Source: an uncultured Bacilli bacterium (GTDB lineage: Bacteria > Bacillota_I > Bacilli_A > RF39 > UBA660). From it: a stretch of 64,000 nucleotides of DNA. Both the position numbers and the translations under genes were made by a program. The DNA lies in assembly GCA_947629375.1 (NCBI GenBank), contig CANRDN010000008.1, forward strand, positions 1,389-65,388, given 5' to 3'. The number at the start of each line of letters is the position of its first letter. The stretch's first letter is position 1. This document shows positions 35,934-44,629 of this stretch, one piece after another. The notes beneath the pieces are model-generated. The model was given only the letters and a program-made list of their open reading frames with translations, was not told the origin of the DNA and searched no databases.

Positions 35934-36934
35934 CTTTTGTAATTAAATAAATTTACAATGATAAAAATAATGTTAGAGATATAGAATAGAGTCAAACTTA
36001 TATTGTTAAAGCTTATAGATAGGATAAAGATAAGTAGAAGTACTAAATAATTCGTAAATTTAAAATTAATAATATTTTTTGTAAGAGTAATTATATAAAG
36101 AAGAGCAAGTGATACAAGAATAAAGTTTTCGATAAAGATATTGATAATCAAGAGTTCTTCTAGTCTTTCAAAGAAATTAAAAATATTTATAGATTTTAAA
36201 ATGGTTATTTCTGGATATTTAATTATACTTAAGTATTTTATTCCCAAGATAGAAATTATAAAGAGAATTTTAGTAAACAAGTATATATAGAAAATAACAT
36301 ATGTTTTTTTAACTTTATTTTTATAATCATTAAAGTTTAATATTTTATTTTTAGGGATTATTAAAAGAAAAAGTAAAGGGGAAATAGTAGATAGAAAAAT
36401 ACTCATAAAGGGCAATTTATTTATCTTAAATTCAATCGGTAATAAATTTATGGGGTCAACATTTAAGATATTGAAAGAAAAAGAGATAAGAATAATTAAA
36501 AGATAAATAATAAAGAGAAGATTAGATGATATAACTAAAGACTTTAATCCTTTAGATGCAAGAAAAAATGCTGCTAAAAGAAAAACTAAAATAATTATTT
36601 TATTATCGATACTTGGAAGTAATATGTCTTTAAATATTAATGAAGAATTTACAAGAAAGAATAATTCCATTATGAATGCACAAGTAATTAGAATTATGGA
36701 AGTAATTCTTTTTCTTTTTAAAGATTCAATTAAATCTTCATTGTAGTTTTTAAATATTATCAGTAAATAGATTAGTCCAAGAATAAATGAAATCAGTATT
36801 GAAACAATTATTTCAGAAATAGAATGATTCTTTATAACATTTATAATCACTGTAGAAAAAGTTGAGTTTAGAAGGATAAAAATTAAGATTGCTAGTTCAA
36901 AAGAAGTATATTTGTCCTTATATAAAATAATCAC
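35918..36934 (-). CDS. spore germination protein, GerAB-type permease subunit
   Basis: 338 aa with about 10 TM segments. It is the last gene of a gerA-type operon and overlaps the C-subunit gene by 17 nt. Confidence 0.7.
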   Translation of the reverse strand: MIILYKDKYTSFELAILIFILLNSTFSTVIINVIKNHSISEIIVSILISFILGLIYLLIIFKNYNEDLIESLKRKRITSIILITCAFIMELFFLVNSSLIFKDILLPSIDNKIIILVFLLAAFFLASKGLKSLVISSNLLFIIYLLIILISFSFNILNVDPINLLPIEFKINKLPFMSIFLSTISPLLFLLIIPKNKILNFNDYKNKVKKTYVIFYIYLFTKILFIISILGIKYLSIIKYPEITILKSINIFNFFERLEELLIINIFIENFILVSLALLYIITLTKNIINFKFTNYLVLLLIFILSISFNNISLTLFYISNIIFIIVNLFNYKRKYRS

Positions 36935-37835
36935 CTGAACTTTCTTTCATTAATGAAATATCAAGGTCATAGAGAAGTTCTAGATGTCCTTTTTTGCCAT
37001 ATTTATCTTGAAGATAGAAAAAATAATTATTGCTGTTTTCTTTTATGTGCTTATAAAAAGCATCACTTAAATATGTCTTAATTATTTCTTTATCTTTAGA
37101 AGAACCTTTATAATTACAAGATACTTTTAAAGTTATTTTATTTTCATCAATTAAGTTCGTGCTACTACAGCTTTCTAGCTTATAAGATTTATCATCGATT
37201 AATAAAGTAATATTATCGATTAAATTGTAACTAAAATTAACAGTGATCGAAGAGTCTTTATCTAATAATTTATTTTCTTCAAAGATACTTTTAAGTCCTA
37301 AAACTTCTTTATTTTCACTATCGATATAAGGAATGTATGAAAGACGGTAATTTAAAATATCTTTAATGATGCTATCGAAAGACTTATTTTTAGCAAGCCC
37401 ATTAGAGTTAATAGATAGGTCTAAAAGATTTTGAATCTCTTTAGAATCTATCTTTAAGAAGTCTTCTGTTATTTTATTTGTGATAATGGTATCAAAGGTA
37501 TTGCGAGAAGACTCTAAACTCAAAAAGAACTCAATTATATCTTTATAATTTTCTTTATCCAAATTATCTGAAAGAACGAGTAAATCTAAATGAGCTAGAT
37601 ATAGTTTTTTAGTTAACTTGTTATTAAGGGAAGAAAAACAGTCATCTAAAGTTTTACCATTTTCGATAAATATATCACTTTCTTTATCATTTTTTAAGAC
37701 CTTAACATATACTTTGTATTCTAAATCATAATCAATGGCTATTTCATTAATAATAGCAAGATTATTTATATCAGTATAATAATTAGAACAGCCTAAAAGG
37801 AAAAATACGGCAATAAATATTATTATTTTTTTCAT
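36918..37835 (-). CDS. spore germination lipoprotein, Ger(x)C family
   Basis: Lipobox FFLLGC at residues 12-17. 305 aa, positioned between the A and B subunit genes. Confidence 0.75.
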   Translation of the reverse strand: MKKIIIFIAVFFLLGCSNYYTDINNLAIINEIAIDYDLEYKVYVKVLKNDKESDIFIENGKTLDDCFSSLNNKLTKKLYLAHLDLLVLSDNLDKENYKDIIEFFLSLESSRNTFDTIITNKITEDFLKIDSKEIQNLLDLSINSNGLAKNKSFDSIIKDILNYRLSYIPYIDSENKEVLGLKSIFEENKLLDKDSSITVNFSYNLIDNITLLIDDKSYKLESCSSTNLIDENKITLKVSCNYKGSSKDKEIIKTYLSDAFYKHIKENSNNYFFYLQDKYGKKGHLELLYDLDISLMKESSGDYFI

Positions 37836-39209
37836 TTATCTCTCTCTTTTCTTTGTTAACAACGGATTTCTTTTGCTTTGGGATTCTGTTTTTATAATAG
37901 AGTCTTTTAAATCTTCTTTAATTAAAGGTACAAAGGGGTAGGTGTAAGGGTAACCAAACGAAGTAATAGATGAAATATTAGATATTAATATGACAAGGCC
38001 GATAAAAAGGCCAAATATACCGAATAAGGCACCTAAAAGAAGAATAAAAAAACGATAATATCTTATTAAATTGACTATAGAATTATAGGGAAACACGAAA
38101 GCACTAATGGCACTTATAGCAACAACTATAATCATAATAGGTGAAATAATACCAGCAGCTACTGCCGCATCCCCCAAAATTAAGCCCCCAAGAATCGATG
38201 CTGAAGACCCAACTTTATTAGGGATTCTAACATCACTTTCTCTTAATATTTCAAAAGCAATCGTCATTAAAAGAATTTCAAAAAAAGCAGGGAATGGTAC
38301 TGCTATATGTTGGTTTATTAAACTTAAAAGAAGAGTAGTTGGAATAGAAGTTGGGTTATGCGTAGTAATGCTTATATAGTAACCTGGAAGAAAGATTGCA
38401 ATCATAAAGGCAATAACTCTTAATATTCTTATAAAAGTTGTATTGATACTTTTCTGGTAATAATCATCAGCGGTATGAAAAAAGTCGATAAAGAAAGTAG
38501 GAATAATTAAAACAGTAGGTGAATTATCGATAATTATACAAATCTTTCCTTCTAAAAGTGCGTAGGAAGCAAGGTCCGGTCTTTCTGTTTGATTGACATC
38601 AGGAAATAAGTGCTTTAGGGATAGCTGTTCTTTTAAGTAGGCACCATCGATAATAATATCGTTTTTAATAGAAGTAATTTTTTCTAACACTTTATTTAAA
38701 AGTTCATTATCGACAATATCATTCATATAGCAGATACCTATTTTAGTATTACTTTCGCTACCTAAATTTACTGTCCGTAGTCTCAAATTTTTATTTCTTA
38801 TTCTTTTTCTAATTAGTCCAACATTAGTATTAAAGTTTTCTAAGAAAGCATCCTTGGGTCCTGAAATAGAACCTTCAACTTCACTTTCCGAAACCGATCT
38901 ATCCAAGTCTTTCTTCGTTTCTATTCCATAGATTTTATTATTATCTAAAATGATAATCGTGTACCCTAAAAACAGTTCGTCAGCGGCAGTAAGACTGTCA
39001 TCAATCTCTTTTAAAACACCTGAAGTAATTACTTCACTTATATTTTTATTATCATTAATATTTAAAGGCGTTAAAATAAGTTCATTTATAAAAGAAGAAT
39101 CAGATAAAGTTTCACAAAAAATAATATCTAAAACATAATCCTTTTTACTTATTGTCCTTGTTACTATATCTTCTGAGTTACCACAATAATTAATAATTTC
39201 TTCTTTCAT
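37836..39209 (-). CDS. spore germination protein, GerAA-type subunit
   Basis: ISGPKDAFLENFNTNVGLIRKRI, and a C-terminal membrane domain PFPAFFEILLMTIAFEILRESDVRIPNKVGSSASILGGLILGDAAV typical of the GerA family. Confidence 0.85.
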   Translation of the reverse strand: MKEEIINYCGNSEDIVTRTISKKDYVLDIIFCETLSDSSFINELILTPLNINDNKNISEVITSGVLKEIDDSLTAADELFLGYTIIILDNNKIYGIETKKDLDRSVSESEVEGSISGPKDAFLENFNTNVGLIRKRIRNKNLRLRTVNLGSESNTKIGICYMNDIVDNELLNKVLEKITSIKNDIIIDGAYLKEQLSLKHLFPDVNQTERPDLASYALLEGKICIIIDNSPTVLIIPTFFIDFFHTADDYYQKSINTTFIRILRVIAFMIAIFLPGYYISITTHNPTSIPTTLLLSLINQHIAVPFPAFFEILLMTIAFEILRESDVRIPNKVGSSASILGGLILGDAAVAAGIISPIMIIVVAISAISAFVFPYNSIVNLIRYYRFFILLLGALFGIFGLFIGLVILISNISSITSFGYPYTYPFVPLIKEDLKDSIIKTESQSKRNPLLTKKRER

Positions 39210-39295
39210 AGAATCACCATTATTATTATTGAAATTAAATTTATAAATATACTTATTAATAATTAAATGATAAAATTAAAGAGGTGAGATGCATT

Positions 39296-40501
39296 ATGTA
39301 TAAGATTAATAGGCTTGATGACTTTGGAAGAGGGGTAACAAGTATCGATAATAAAACTTGTTTTGTTTTTAATGCTTTGGAAGATGAAGAAGTAGATGTT
39401 TTAGTAACTTCTGAAAAAAGTAAATATTTAAGTGGTGAAAGTAAATCTATAAAAAATTTAAGTGCCGATAGAAAGAAGGCAGAATGCCCATATTATTTTG
39501 AGTGTGGTGGCTGTAACACGATGCATATGAAATACCAAAAAGAATTGGATTTCAAATTAAATAAAGTAAAAAGTATCTTAAAACGCTTTTCTAATCTAGA
39601 TAATGTCATTAAAGAAATTTTATATGGTAAAGAATTTAACTATCGTAATAAAGTAAGTTTAAAAGTTAAGAATGGTGTTTTAGGTTACTACCAAGATAAA
39701 TCAAATGACGTTATTAAAATAGATAAATGTTTATTAGTAAAAGAAAAGATTAATGAAGTTATAGAAAAACTAAACTCTCTTAATTTAAACAGTTTAAAAG
39801 AAGTAATAATAAGAGTAAATTATAAAGATGAAGTATTAATAGGACTTATAGGAGATAACATCGGTAAAGAATATTTTAAATCTAATTTAAATTCCAAAAA
39901 TATCGTTATCGTTGATAACTCTAAAAGAGAAATAATATGTGGTAATGATTATATAATCGATAGGATAGGGGATTTATTATTTAAAGTATCCTTAGAGTCA
40001 TTCTTTCAAGTAAATTATCAAGAAGTTTTATCTTTATATAACAAGGTTTTAGATTATGCATCCCTTAAAGGAAATGAAAATATCTTAGATTTATATTGTG
40101 GTACGGGTACAATTGGAATGTTTTTAAGTAAGAAAGCTAAAAATGTATTTGGAATTGAAATAAATGAAAAAGCTATCGAAGATGCTAACTACAATAAAGA
40201 GTTAAATAATATTAAAAATATTGACTTTCTATGCAATGATGTTTCAAAAGTAAAAAATAAATTTAAAGATATCGATTTAGTAGTTATTGATCCCCCAAGA
40301 GCAGGACTAGATAAGAATGCTATTAAAAATGTTTTGGATATTAATTCTAAAAAAATAATTTATGTTTCGTGTGACCCTGTTACACTTGCAAGAGATTTAA
40401 ATATCTTGAAAGATAAGTATGAAGTTAAAGAAGTAACTTTAGTTAATATGTTTCCTAACACTTATCATATTGAAAGTATTGCACTTTTAGAAAGTAAATA
40501 G
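39296..40501 (+). CDS. 23S rRNA (uracil-5-)-methyltransferase, RumA/RlmCD family
   Basis: N-terminal TRAM-like region, Fe-S cysteines CPYYFECGGCNTMH, SAM motif LDLYCGTGTIG, DPPRAGL, and catalytic YVSCDP. ATG 39296 lies 9 nt after the GAGG RBS. Confidence 0.85.
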   Translation: MYKINRLDDFGRGVTSIDNKTCFVFNALEDEEVDVLVTSEKSKYLSGESKSIKNLSADRKKAECPYYFECGGCNTMHMKYQKELDFKLNKVKSILKRFSNLDNVIKEILYGKEFNYRNKVSLKVKNGVLGYYQDKSNDVIKIDKCLLVKEKINEVIEKLNSLNLNSLKEVIIRVNYKDEVLIGLIGDNIGKEYFKSNLNSKNIVIVDNSKREIICGNDYIIDRIGDLLFKVSLESFFQVNYQEVLSLYNKVLDYASLKGNENILDLYCGTGTIGMFLSKKAKNVFGIEINEKAIEDANYNKELNNIKNIDFLCNDVSKVKNKFKDIDLVVIDPPRAGLDKNAIKNVLDINSKKIIYVSCDPVTLARDLNILKDKYEVKEVTLVNMFPNTYHIESIALLESK

Positions 40502-40512
40502 GGAAGTTTAAA

Positions 40513-40542
40513 ATTGACATTAACATAGTGTTACATTATAAT
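40513..40542 (+). promoter_or_regulatory. sigma-A type promoter (TTGACA-18-TATAAT)
   Basis: TTGACA at 40513-18 and TATAAT at 40537-42. The spacer contains the inverted repeat TAACA-TAG-TGTTA. Confidence 0.5.
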
Positions 40543-40609
40543 GAACTATGTATTTTATATAAACTTTATTAGCTCGCGAAAATTGCAAGTTATATTATGA
40601 GGTGCTAGA

Positions 40610-40723
40610 GTGAAAAAAATTATAAAAAGAATTATATCAATAATTTTTCTTGTTGGTATTATAAGTATCATTTGGAAAAAACATAAGTCAAAAAATGAGT
40701 ATATATTAAAAATAAAATTTTAG
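40610..40723 (+). CDS. small membrane peptide (37 aa), not in the ORF track
   Basis: GTG start 4 nt after a GAGGTG RBS. Own translation is (M)KKIIKRIISIIFLVGIISIIWKKHKSKNEYILKIKF*. Confidence 0.3.
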   Translation: MKKIIKRIISIIFLVGIISIIWKKHKSKNEYILKIKF

Positions 40724-40788
40724 TGAAATTGTACTACGATTATTAATATAATTCGCGAAAAAAACAGGTTGTATAGTGGAGGTATTTT

Positions 40789-41277
40789 ATGAATTATCAA
40801 ATTGATGAAGATGAAGTAATATTGTATGAGGGTTTAGGTGGATACAAATCAGGTTCAGTAAATGTCACTAATGCTAATATTCTAATTACTTCAAAAAAGA
40901 TAGTTATAGAAAAAGAAAGTGGCATTTTTAAAAAAAGTAAACAATTAGTTGATTCAATTAATCTTAGTGATATAAAAGTATTTAATAATGAGTTACAAAG
41001 TAAGCAAAAGGGAGAAGAAATTTTTATTCAATGTAAACAAAAAAATCTTACATTATCATTTGGTGGTATGCTTGAAGCAAGGAAAGCCAACACTAAAATA
41101 ATAGATGCAACTACAGGAACAACAATGGCTAAAAGAGGTTCTGAAAAAGTAAAAGATGCTATTAACCTTGTAGATGAAACTTTGGGATTAGATACAAAGG
41201 GAATAACTAAAGGAATTATTGAAAATGGCGTAGTAGGAACTTTAATAAATGGAATAAAGAAAAAAGACAAAAAATAA
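40789..41277 (+). CDS. bacterial PH/GRAM-like domain protein
   Basis: 162 aa with a GGAGG RBS. The N-terminal ~95 aa (DEVILYEG......NANILITSKKIVIEK....) resembles bPH/GRAM-like domains. Weak call. Confidence 0.45.
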   Translation: MNYQIDEDEVILYEGLGGYKSGSVNVTNANILITSKKIVIEKESGIFKKSKQLVDSINLSDIKVFNNELQSKQKGEEIFIQCKQKNLTLSFGGMLEARKANTKIIDATTGTTMAKRGSEKVKDAINLVDETLGLDTKGITKGIIENGVVGTLINGIKKKDKK

Positions 41278-41306
41278 TACCAATTTTAGATGTTGGTATT
41301 TTTTTT
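41276..41306. terminator. bidirectional terminator
   Basis: AATACCAA-TTTTAGATG-TTGGTATT stem followed by a T run. Confidence 0.6.
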
Positions 41307-41816
41307 GTATTCAGATACTAAAATACTTTCTATTTCTTCAGGAGATTCTTTACATCCATTATCGAGCCACTTCTTTATAATGGCGTTAAGGCCTGCTCTA
41401 AAAAACTCCATATGATAATCTATATATTTATCGTCATATAATTTTTTAGATAAATGATAATCATAATCTTCAATAATGAAGTTTTGATCCATCTTTAACT
41501 TAAAATATGTTTTATAAAATATTTGATTTTCTTTTATATGTTTAAATAACTTTAAAAAATTGTTAGAATTATGATTTGTTTCTCTTTCTTCTTCATATAA
41601 AGATAACACTTCTTGCTTTAATTCTTCTCCGATTTGATCTGCTAAATCATATATGTCAAGATAATTAACATAAAAAGTAGAACGATTTATTTTAGCAAGT
41701 TTACATATATCCGTAACAGAAATTTCCGTTATCTCTTTAGATTGAAGTAGTGATACAAAAACTTTACTGATTTTATCTTTTGTTTCTTTTTTTCTTTTAT
41801 TATTTGGTGTATTCAT
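41286..41816 (-). CDS. TetR/AcrR family transcriptional regulator
   Basis: N-terminal HTH KISKVFVSLLQSKEITEISVTDICKLAKINRSTFYVNY is the TetR signature. Confidence 0.85.
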   Translation of the reverse strand: MNTPNNKRKKETKDKISKVFVSLLQSKEITEISVTDICKLAKINRSTFYVNYLDIYDLADQIGEELKQEVLSLYEEERETNHNSNNFLKLFKHIKENQIFYKTYFKLKMDQNFIIEDYDYHLSKKLYDDKYIDYHMEFFRAGLNAIIKKWLDNGCKESPEEIESILVSEYKKNTNI

Positions 41817-41834
41817 ATATTTACTCCTTTAATT

Positions 41835-41847
41835 GGACAAATGTCTA
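41835..41847. promoter_or_regulatory. candidate TetR operator half (GGACAAATGTCTA)
   Basis: Inverted repeat GACA-N2-TGTC in the divergent intergenic region. A near-identical motif recurs at 41903. Confidence 0.35.
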
Positions 41848-41902
41848 TAAATTGTTGATTGTATTTCTTTTTTCTTTAGATTATATTAAAAATGTAATAA
41901 AA

Positions 41903-41915
41903 AGACAAGTGTCTA
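41903..41915. promoter_or_regulatory. candidate TetR operator half (AGACAAGTGTCTA)
   Basis: Inverted repeat AGACA-N2-TGTCT located 21 nt upstream of the ATG at 41937. Confidence 0.35.
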
Positions 41916-41936
41916 GTTATTGAAAGGAGTTAGAAT

Positions 41937-42206
41937 ATGTCTAAAATAGTGGATGCTAATAAGAAAATTGAAAAAGGTGTTGTTAGTGGATACAAGAAAG
42001 TTGAAGATAGTGTCGTTGGAGGATATAAGAAGGTTGAAGATAAATTTGTCGATACTTTCTTAAAAAAAGATGGTGAAACAGTAGAAGAGGCCAAAAAAAG
42101 ATTAAAAAAAGAAGAAGAAAAAAGACATCAAGAACAAAAGAAATACTCAAAATCAACTGAAGAAATTCAAAAAGAAATTAAAGAAAAATTAAGTAAAAAG
42201 AATTAA
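41937..42206 (+). CDS. Lys/Glu-rich hypothetical protein
   Basis: 89 aa with a GAAAGGAG RBS and the internal repeat VVSGYKKVEDSVVGGYKKVEDKFV. Confidence 0.5.
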   Translation: MSKIVDANKKIEKGVVSGYKKVEDSVVGGYKKVEDKFVDTFLKKDGETVEEAKKRLKKEEEKRHQEQKKYSKSTEEIQKEIKEKLSKKN

Positions 42207-42217
42207 AAGGAGTAACT

Positions 42218-42613
42218 ATGAAAAAAGAAACTTTATTAGAAATTATTTTAGGAACAATTGGTGGTTTAGTATTTGCAATAGGTATGTGTATGTGTTTAAT
42301 ATCAGAATGGGATTTATTAAAAGCAGGTGTTGTTGTAGCAGTTTTAGGATTTATCATTCTCCTTTGTATTATTCCGGTATATAGAAACAATCATCCTAAA
42401 AAAGAACATACAAAAGTAAACTGGGGAATCGTAATAACTTGGTTTATAGGTATAGTTGGTGCATTAGTAATGGGATTTGGTATGAGTAAAGTAATGGTGG
42501 GTGACCCATCTCAAACAGATTTACTAATAGGCATTGTAACAGGTATTGTCGGTTTACTTGTATGCGTATTAAATTATCCAATTTATTCATATATTAAAGG
42601 TAATAAAAAGTAA
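42218..42613 (+). CDS. membrane protein (4 TM)
   Basis: 131-aa hydrophobic ORF with an AAGGAG RBS. Confidence 0.55.
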   Translation: MKKETLLEIILGTIGGLVFAIGMCMCLISEWDLLKAGVVVAVLGFIILLCIIPVYRNNHPKKEHTKVNWGIVITWFIGIVGALVMGFGMSKVMVGDPSQTDLLIGIVTGIVGLLVCVLNYPIYSYIKGNKK

Positions 42614-42616
42614 TAT

Positions 42617-42640
42617 GAGGATTACTAAATCCTCTTTTTT
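42617..42640 (+). terminator. rho-independent terminator
   Basis: GAGGATT-ACTA-AATCCTC hairpin followed by a T6 run. Confidence 0.65.
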
Positions 42641-42655
42641 GATTTTAGGTGATTT

Positions 42656-43525
42656 ATGAGAGAAATATTGAAAAAAATATTTATTCCAAACAATAAAATC
42701 GGTTTTGTTCTATTTAATCTTGGCTTTGGTTTACTTATCTATGTATTCTCTTGTCATTTAGAAGATACATCTCTTGCATATGTAAGTTATTTATTATCTA
42801 CTTATGCCTTAATAATATTTTGTATTTGGTTTTGTAAAGTTTGTAAATTTGGTAATAAGGCTATAAAGAAGTCTAAACCTTACCAAGCATACAAGAAAAA
42901 TGAACTCCTAATAACTAAGTATAGTCTAGGATTTGCCACTTTTCTTCACTTTGTTTATGGTATTTTTAAGCTAGGAACAGGAATATATTATATGTCTTGG
43001 TGGTTTATAACCTTTGCTGTATACTACTTGATTTTGTCTTTGATGAAATTATCTATAGTTAAAAATATAAAAAATGGAGTAGGAAAAAATTTGCAAGAAG
43101 AATATAAAAAGTTAAAGTTAACGGGGATAATTCTATTGCTTTTAAACTTAGTTCTATCTGGTATAATTGTTCTAATTATTAGACAAAACAAACAAATAAC
43201 TTATGCTGGATTTATTATCTATATTGTTGCTATCTATGATTTTTATTTAATAATAAGTGCAATTATTAATGTAATTAAATATCGAAGGAATCACAGCCCA
43301 CTTTTAGCATCAAGTAAATGTATTAATTTAACTGTTGCTATGATATCGATGATTTCTTTAGAAGTTGCTATGGTCTCACAATTTGGCACTAATGAAAGCG
43401 AATTTAAAATAATAATGACTAGTATAATGGGAGCTTTTGCTTGTTTAATAAACACTTTTATGTCTATTTATATGATATTAAGAGCTAATAAAAATTTAAA
43501 AAATACTAATAAAAGCAAACAGTAA
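42656..43525 (+). CDS. polytopic membrane protein
   Basis: 289 aa with about 7 TM segments. No family recognised. Confidence 0.5.
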   Translation: MREILKKIFIPNNKIGFVLFNLGFGLLIYVFSCHLEDTSLAYVSYLLSTYALIIFCIWFCKVCKFGNKAIKKSKPYQAYKKNELLITKYSLGFATFLHFVYGIFKLGTGIYYMSWWFITFAVYYLILSLMKLSIVKNIKNGVGKNLQEEYKKLKLTGIILLLLNLVLSGIIVLIIRQNKQITYAGFIIYIVAIYDFYLIISAIINVIKYRRNHSPLLASSKCINLTVAMISMISLEVAMVSQFGTNESEFKIIMTSIMGAFACLINTFMSIYMILRANKNLKNTNKSKQ

Positions 43526-43540
43526 AAAGTTTGCTTTTAT
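43512..43540 (+). terminator. rho-independent terminator overlapping the stop codon
   Basis: AAAGCAAAC-AGTAAAAA-GTTTGCTTT 9-bp stem. Confidence 0.5.
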
Positions 43541-43601
43541 TATGATATAATAATATTAAATCAAGAAGATAATAAGTATTAGAATTATGAAAGGAGAACG
43601 T

Positions 43602-44105
43602 ATGAGTGAATTTAAAAATAAAAAAAGTTTAGTTATCTATTTTTCAAGAGCTGATGAAAATTATGCAGTAGGCTATATTGACAAAGGAAATACTGAATAT
43701 ATTGCTGAGTATGTAAGAGATATTGTTGGTGCTGATTTATTTAAAGTAGAACCATTAGTACCTTATAGTAAAGAATATAATAAATGTATTGAAGAAGCAA
43801 AAGAAAGAGTAGGTAATGCACCTATTAAAAATAAGATAAACGATATTTCTAAATATGAAGTTATTTACATTATGACACCTGTATATTGGGGAAGTTATGC
43901 TCCAGAAGTTGAAACAGCAATAAAAAATTTAGACTTTACAGGTAAAGTAATTAGAGTTGTCACAACTCACGAAGGATCAGGTTTAGCAAATGTTGTAGAT
44001 GATGTTAGAAAAATATGTGTTGGAGCAAATATATTAAATGATAGCATCGCTATAAAAGGAACAGATTGCAAGAATGCAAGAAATATAATTGAAAAATGGA
44101 TATAG
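43602..44105 (+). CDS. flavodoxin-like protein
   Basis: KSLVIYFSRADENY at the N-terminus and IYIMTPVYWGSYAP fit the flavodoxin_4-type family. ATG 43602 follows an AAAGGAG RBS. Confidence 0.7.
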   Translation: MSEFKNKKSLVIYFSRADENYAVGYIDKGNTEYIAEYVRDIVGADLFKVEPLVPYSKEYNKCIEEAKERVGNAPIKNKINDISKYEVIYIMTPVYWGSYAPEVETAIKNLDFTGKVIRVVTTHEGSGLANVVDDVRKICVGANILNDSIAIKGTDCKNARNIIEKWI

Positions 44106-44127
44106 TAAAAATAGGAGGATATGATTT

Positions 44128-44469
44128 ATGAAAAAACAAACAGCAGGTAGAGAGAAGTTAGGTAATATTGCACCTAAGTTTGCCGAATTAAACGATGATG
44201 TATTATTTGGAGAAGTATGGAGTAGAGAGGATAAATTATCAGCAAGGGATAGAAGTTTAATAACAATTTCAGCCTTATTTGCTCAGGGATTATTTCCTCA
44301 ACTAAAAAGTCATATTGCTATTGGAAAAGAACACGGAATTACAAAAGATGAAGTTGTCGAAGTGGTAACACAACTAGCATTTTACGCGGGATGGCCAAAA
44401 GCTTGGAGCACATTTCCTTTGATTGAAGAAGTGTATGGAAATGATGATACAAATCAAAAAAATAATTAA
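44128..44469 (+). CDS. carboxymuconolactone decarboxylase (CMD) family protein
   Basis: FGEVWSREDKLSARDRSLITISALFAQG...QLKSHIAIGKEHGITKDEVVEVVTQLAFYAGWPKA. Confidence 0.8.
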   Translation: MKKQTAGREKLGNIAPKFAELNDDVLFGEVWSREDKLSARDRSLITISALFAQGLFPQLKSHIAIGKEHGITKDEVVEVVTQLAFYAGWPKAWSTFPLIEEVYGNDDTNQKNN

Positions 44470-44497
44470 TTATATAGATAAAAACTAATGTCAATAA

Positions 44498-44525
44498 GCA
44501 AACCGATAAATGGTTTGTTTTTTTT
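44498..44525 (+). terminator. rho-independent terminator
   Basis: GCAAACC-GATAAAT-GGTTTGT stem followed by a T8 run. Confidence 0.6.
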
Positions 44526-44547
44526 GACAAAATTTTTAAAAAAAGTA

Positions 44548-44576
44548 TTGCCAAACATATGTTCACATAGTATAAT
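44548..44576 (+). promoter_or_regulatory. sigma-A type promoter (TTGCCA-17-TATAAT), paralog of the 26258 promoter
   Basis: -35 at 44548-53 and -10 at 44571-76. About 55 nt are closely similar to 26236-26290. Confidence 0.6.
44552..44565. promoter_or_regulatory. LexA (Cheo-box-like) operator candidate
   Basis: CAAACATATGTTCA occupies the same position relative to -35/-10 as the 26262 palindrome, upstream of dinD copy 2. Confidence 0.5.
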
Positions 44577-44629
44577 GCTTATATCGAACTAATGTTGGAT
44601 AAAAATTCAAATATAAGGAGGTTTTGTTT

